The translations under genes and the position numbers were made by a program. Shown here piece after piece: positions 62,095 to 64,000 of a DNA stretch of 64,000 bases; position 1 is the first letter of the stretch; every line of letters begins with the position of its first letter. The notes beneath the pieces were generated by a model. The model was given only the letters and a program-made list of their open reading frames with translations, was not told where the DNA came from and searched no databases. This stretch comes from Tubulanus polymorphus (lineage: Eukaryota; Animalia; Nemertea): contig NC_134033.1 in the NCBI RefSeq assembly GCF_964204645.1, positions 8,564,655-8,628,654 on the forward strand, written 5' to 3'.

Positions 62095-62503
62095 AGTAAT
62101 AGGGGTTTAGTTGTTCTAGGCCAAAGGTCGAACGGTCGAGTTCATTAAAAAACAAATATTAAAAGTAATTTAAAACTGTAATATATTTTCATAACCGTGT
62201 GTATTTTATATTATAACTTAATATTTATTCTAAGATATTAATAATTTAAATTTGAAAAGCATATTGTATTAAATCAATTGGTCGCTCCGCTTCACTAAAG
62301 CTCCGCTCCGCGACCAATGGATTTATTTACAATACACAAATTCATATAATCAAATATATTCAAATAATGATAATTATTCTATTATTTAACTGAAATACAC
62401 ACGGCTATGAAAATATATTATAGTTTTAAATTGCTTTTAATATTTGTTTTTAATGAACTCGACCATTCAACCTTTAACCTAGAACAACTCAACCCCTATT
62501 ACT
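62095..62503. repeat. 409-bp imperfect fold-back (AGTAATAGGGG...CCCCTATTACT)
   Basis: ~112-bp outer arms, unpaired AT-rich bubble, inner stem ATTGGTCGC/GCGACCAAT, loop with GCTCCGCT motifs. Confidence 0.92.
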
Positions 62504-62624
62504 CTTAAAATATTTATATGCATGAATAAAATATATATGAATAACATATAAATTGATAGATTATTCAATATAAAAGTAACGAGTAATTAACGAGCTCTTA
62601 TAGAATAGATATATTTTCAACATA

Positions 62625-62910
62625 TTTCAATATTTATATTTGTATGAGTTAGATTTTTAAACATTAAAAGTGTTAGTAAAGTGCGAGTGAAATAATTCAT
62701 ATTTAAAACAGTTAATATTTATATTTATATGTGTTAAATTCTTGATTTTTAAACATAAAAAGTGTGAGTAAAGTGTGAGTGAAATAATTCATATTTAAAA
62801 CAGTTAATATTTATATTTGTATGTGTTAAATTCTTATTTTTGAACATAAAAAGTGTGAGTAAAGTGTGAGTGAAATAATTTATATTTAAAACAGTGAATA
62901 TTTATATTTG
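62625..62910. repeat. three tandem ~92-bp repeats
   Basis: TGT(T/G)AGTAAAGTGYGAGTGAAATAATT anchor at 62671, 62763, 62854. Confidence 0.9.
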
Positions 62911-62911
62911 A

Positions 62912-63121
62912 ATGAGTTTTAATAAAAATTTTGTTATAAAAATGAAGAAAGAAGAAGAACCCAACTTTAAAATCGAAATCAATGAAACCAATAAATCATT
63001 TTCACAGTTTAACATTAAAAATTACATTTCAGCAACAAATTTAGTGTCCGCAAGACATTATAAAATCGATAACATAACTATGATTAATCAAATATTATCA
63101 AATGTTCAATACAGTTTTTAA
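62912..63121 (+). CDS. small hypothetical protein, 69 aa
   Basis: ATG directly after the repeats; overlaps the next ORF by 20 nt. Confidence 0.4.
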   Translation: MSFNKNFVIKMKKEEEPNFKIEINETNKSFSQFNIKNYISATNLVSARHYKIDNITMINQILSNVQYSF

Positions 63122-63515
63122 TTTTAAAGGAATTTTAGATGAAAACATAATAAATATTCTTAAAACTCCTTTTAATAAAAGAGATAGTGATTTGATACTT
63201 TCAAAAGATTATAATGATTTGATTAACTTAAGAATTGAAAAAAGACAATTATATTATTTCAATTTTGATAATAAACAAATTATCTATTATGAAAATTCAT
63301 CAAATATTGGTATTCAATGTGAATTAGATAATGAAAAATCATTTAAAGATATTGCAGTTCAATGTAATTTAGATGATGAATTGAGAAAATTCAATCCTAT
63401 TGAAAAAGTGTATTGTTATTGCGGTGGTAAATATTTAAGATCACATAAATCAAAACATTATCAAACAGTTAAACATATCAATTATGAAAAGAATAATAAA
63501 TATATATTGAAATAA
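63102..63515 (+). CDS. hypothetical protein, 137 aa, with C-terminal zinc-finger-like motif
   Basis: CYCGGKYLRSHKSKHYQTVKH; long ORF despite extreme AT content. Confidence 0.6.
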   Translation: MFNTVFNFKGILDENIINILKTPFNKRDSDLILSKDYNDLINLRIEKRQLYYFNFDNKQIIYYENSSNIGIQCELDNEKSFKDIAVQCNLDDELRKFNPIEKVYCYCGGKYLRSHKSKHYQTVKHINYEKNNKYILK

Positions 63516-63684
63516 GAGTAAACTGTATGTTTCAAATATAAAGTAGTTAAAGCATCGAGAAATTAGTTTAATGAATAACTGTTAGGTAGTAAGTTTAATT
63601 GTTATTTGATTTGAAACATATAAAAGTTAAATATTTCTAAAAATATTAAATATTTATCAATTTAATAATTTTTTTTTTAAATAA

Positions 63685-63903
63685 ATGGATGGTTTCATTC
63701 CAACTGGGAAAAGTGATTTGAAACATTATTTAGTTGCTGGAGGTTTAATATTGGCAGCATTATATTTTTACGATGAGAATATTTCAAAAGATTTGCTGAA
63801 TGAAAATAATAAATTGAGTAAAAAATTAAAGAAGTTAAATGGAAACAATCACAGAAATAAAAAATATAAAAAAGTTAATTTAGAAAATGATTTAGAGGAT
63901 TAA
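63685..63903 (+). CDS. small putative membrane-anchored protein, 72 aa
   Basis: TAAATG start; hydrophobic YLVAGGLILAALYFY followed by a basic tail. Confidence 0.5.
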   Translation: MDGFIPTGKSDLKHYLVAGGLILAALYFYDENISKDLLNENNKLSKKLKKLNGNNHRNKKYKKVNLENDLED

Positions 63904-64000
63904 AACAGCATATTTTAATTTCATATATTTTGACTATAAAAATGAGTGAAAATATATTAAACTTATTACATCTAATATATAAAAATCAACAGAATATTAA

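Larger units (their letters stand above)
62095..64000 (+). mobile_element. left end of an AT-rich virus-like / Polinton-like element (hairpin, repeats, small ORFs); runs off the window
   Basis: Sharp junction, AGT start, 409-bp fold-back, 3 x ~92-bp repeats, abrupt rise in AT content, packed intronless ORFs. Confidence 0.55.

Overview
AT-rich eukaryotic (invertebrate animal-like) genomic DNA with spliceosomal GT-AG introns. It holds two host genes in convergent orientation. The first is the 3' 13 coding exons of DNA polymerase alpha catalytic subunit POLA1 (+, 8227-32233; 5' exons lie upstream of the window). The second is a complete two-coding-exon NUDT2/Ap4A hydrolase (-, 41956-35429). The rest is a dense, nested transposon landscape: two copies of one DIRS1-like tyrosine-recombinase retroelement, a decayed Gypsy, Helentron-associated (HINE-like) elements with 154-bp internal arrays, several MITEs, an inverted Penelope-type pseudo-LTR pair with hammerhead-like cores, an RTE-X-like and a CR1-like LINE, BEL/Pao fragments and a ~200-bp satellite. 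An apparently intact 5.5-kb ISL2EU-type DNA transposon (42350-47895) carries a spliced THAP-DDE transposase and a convergent 5-exon SAP-SWIM-YqaJ gene. At the right edge, a very AT-rich virus-like element opens with a 409-bp AGT...ACT fold-back hairpin, then three ~92-bp repeats and tightly packed small intronless ORFs. This last element is the best candidate for something undescribed, but its core genes would lie outside the window. All family assignments are from motif recognition by eye, not database searches.
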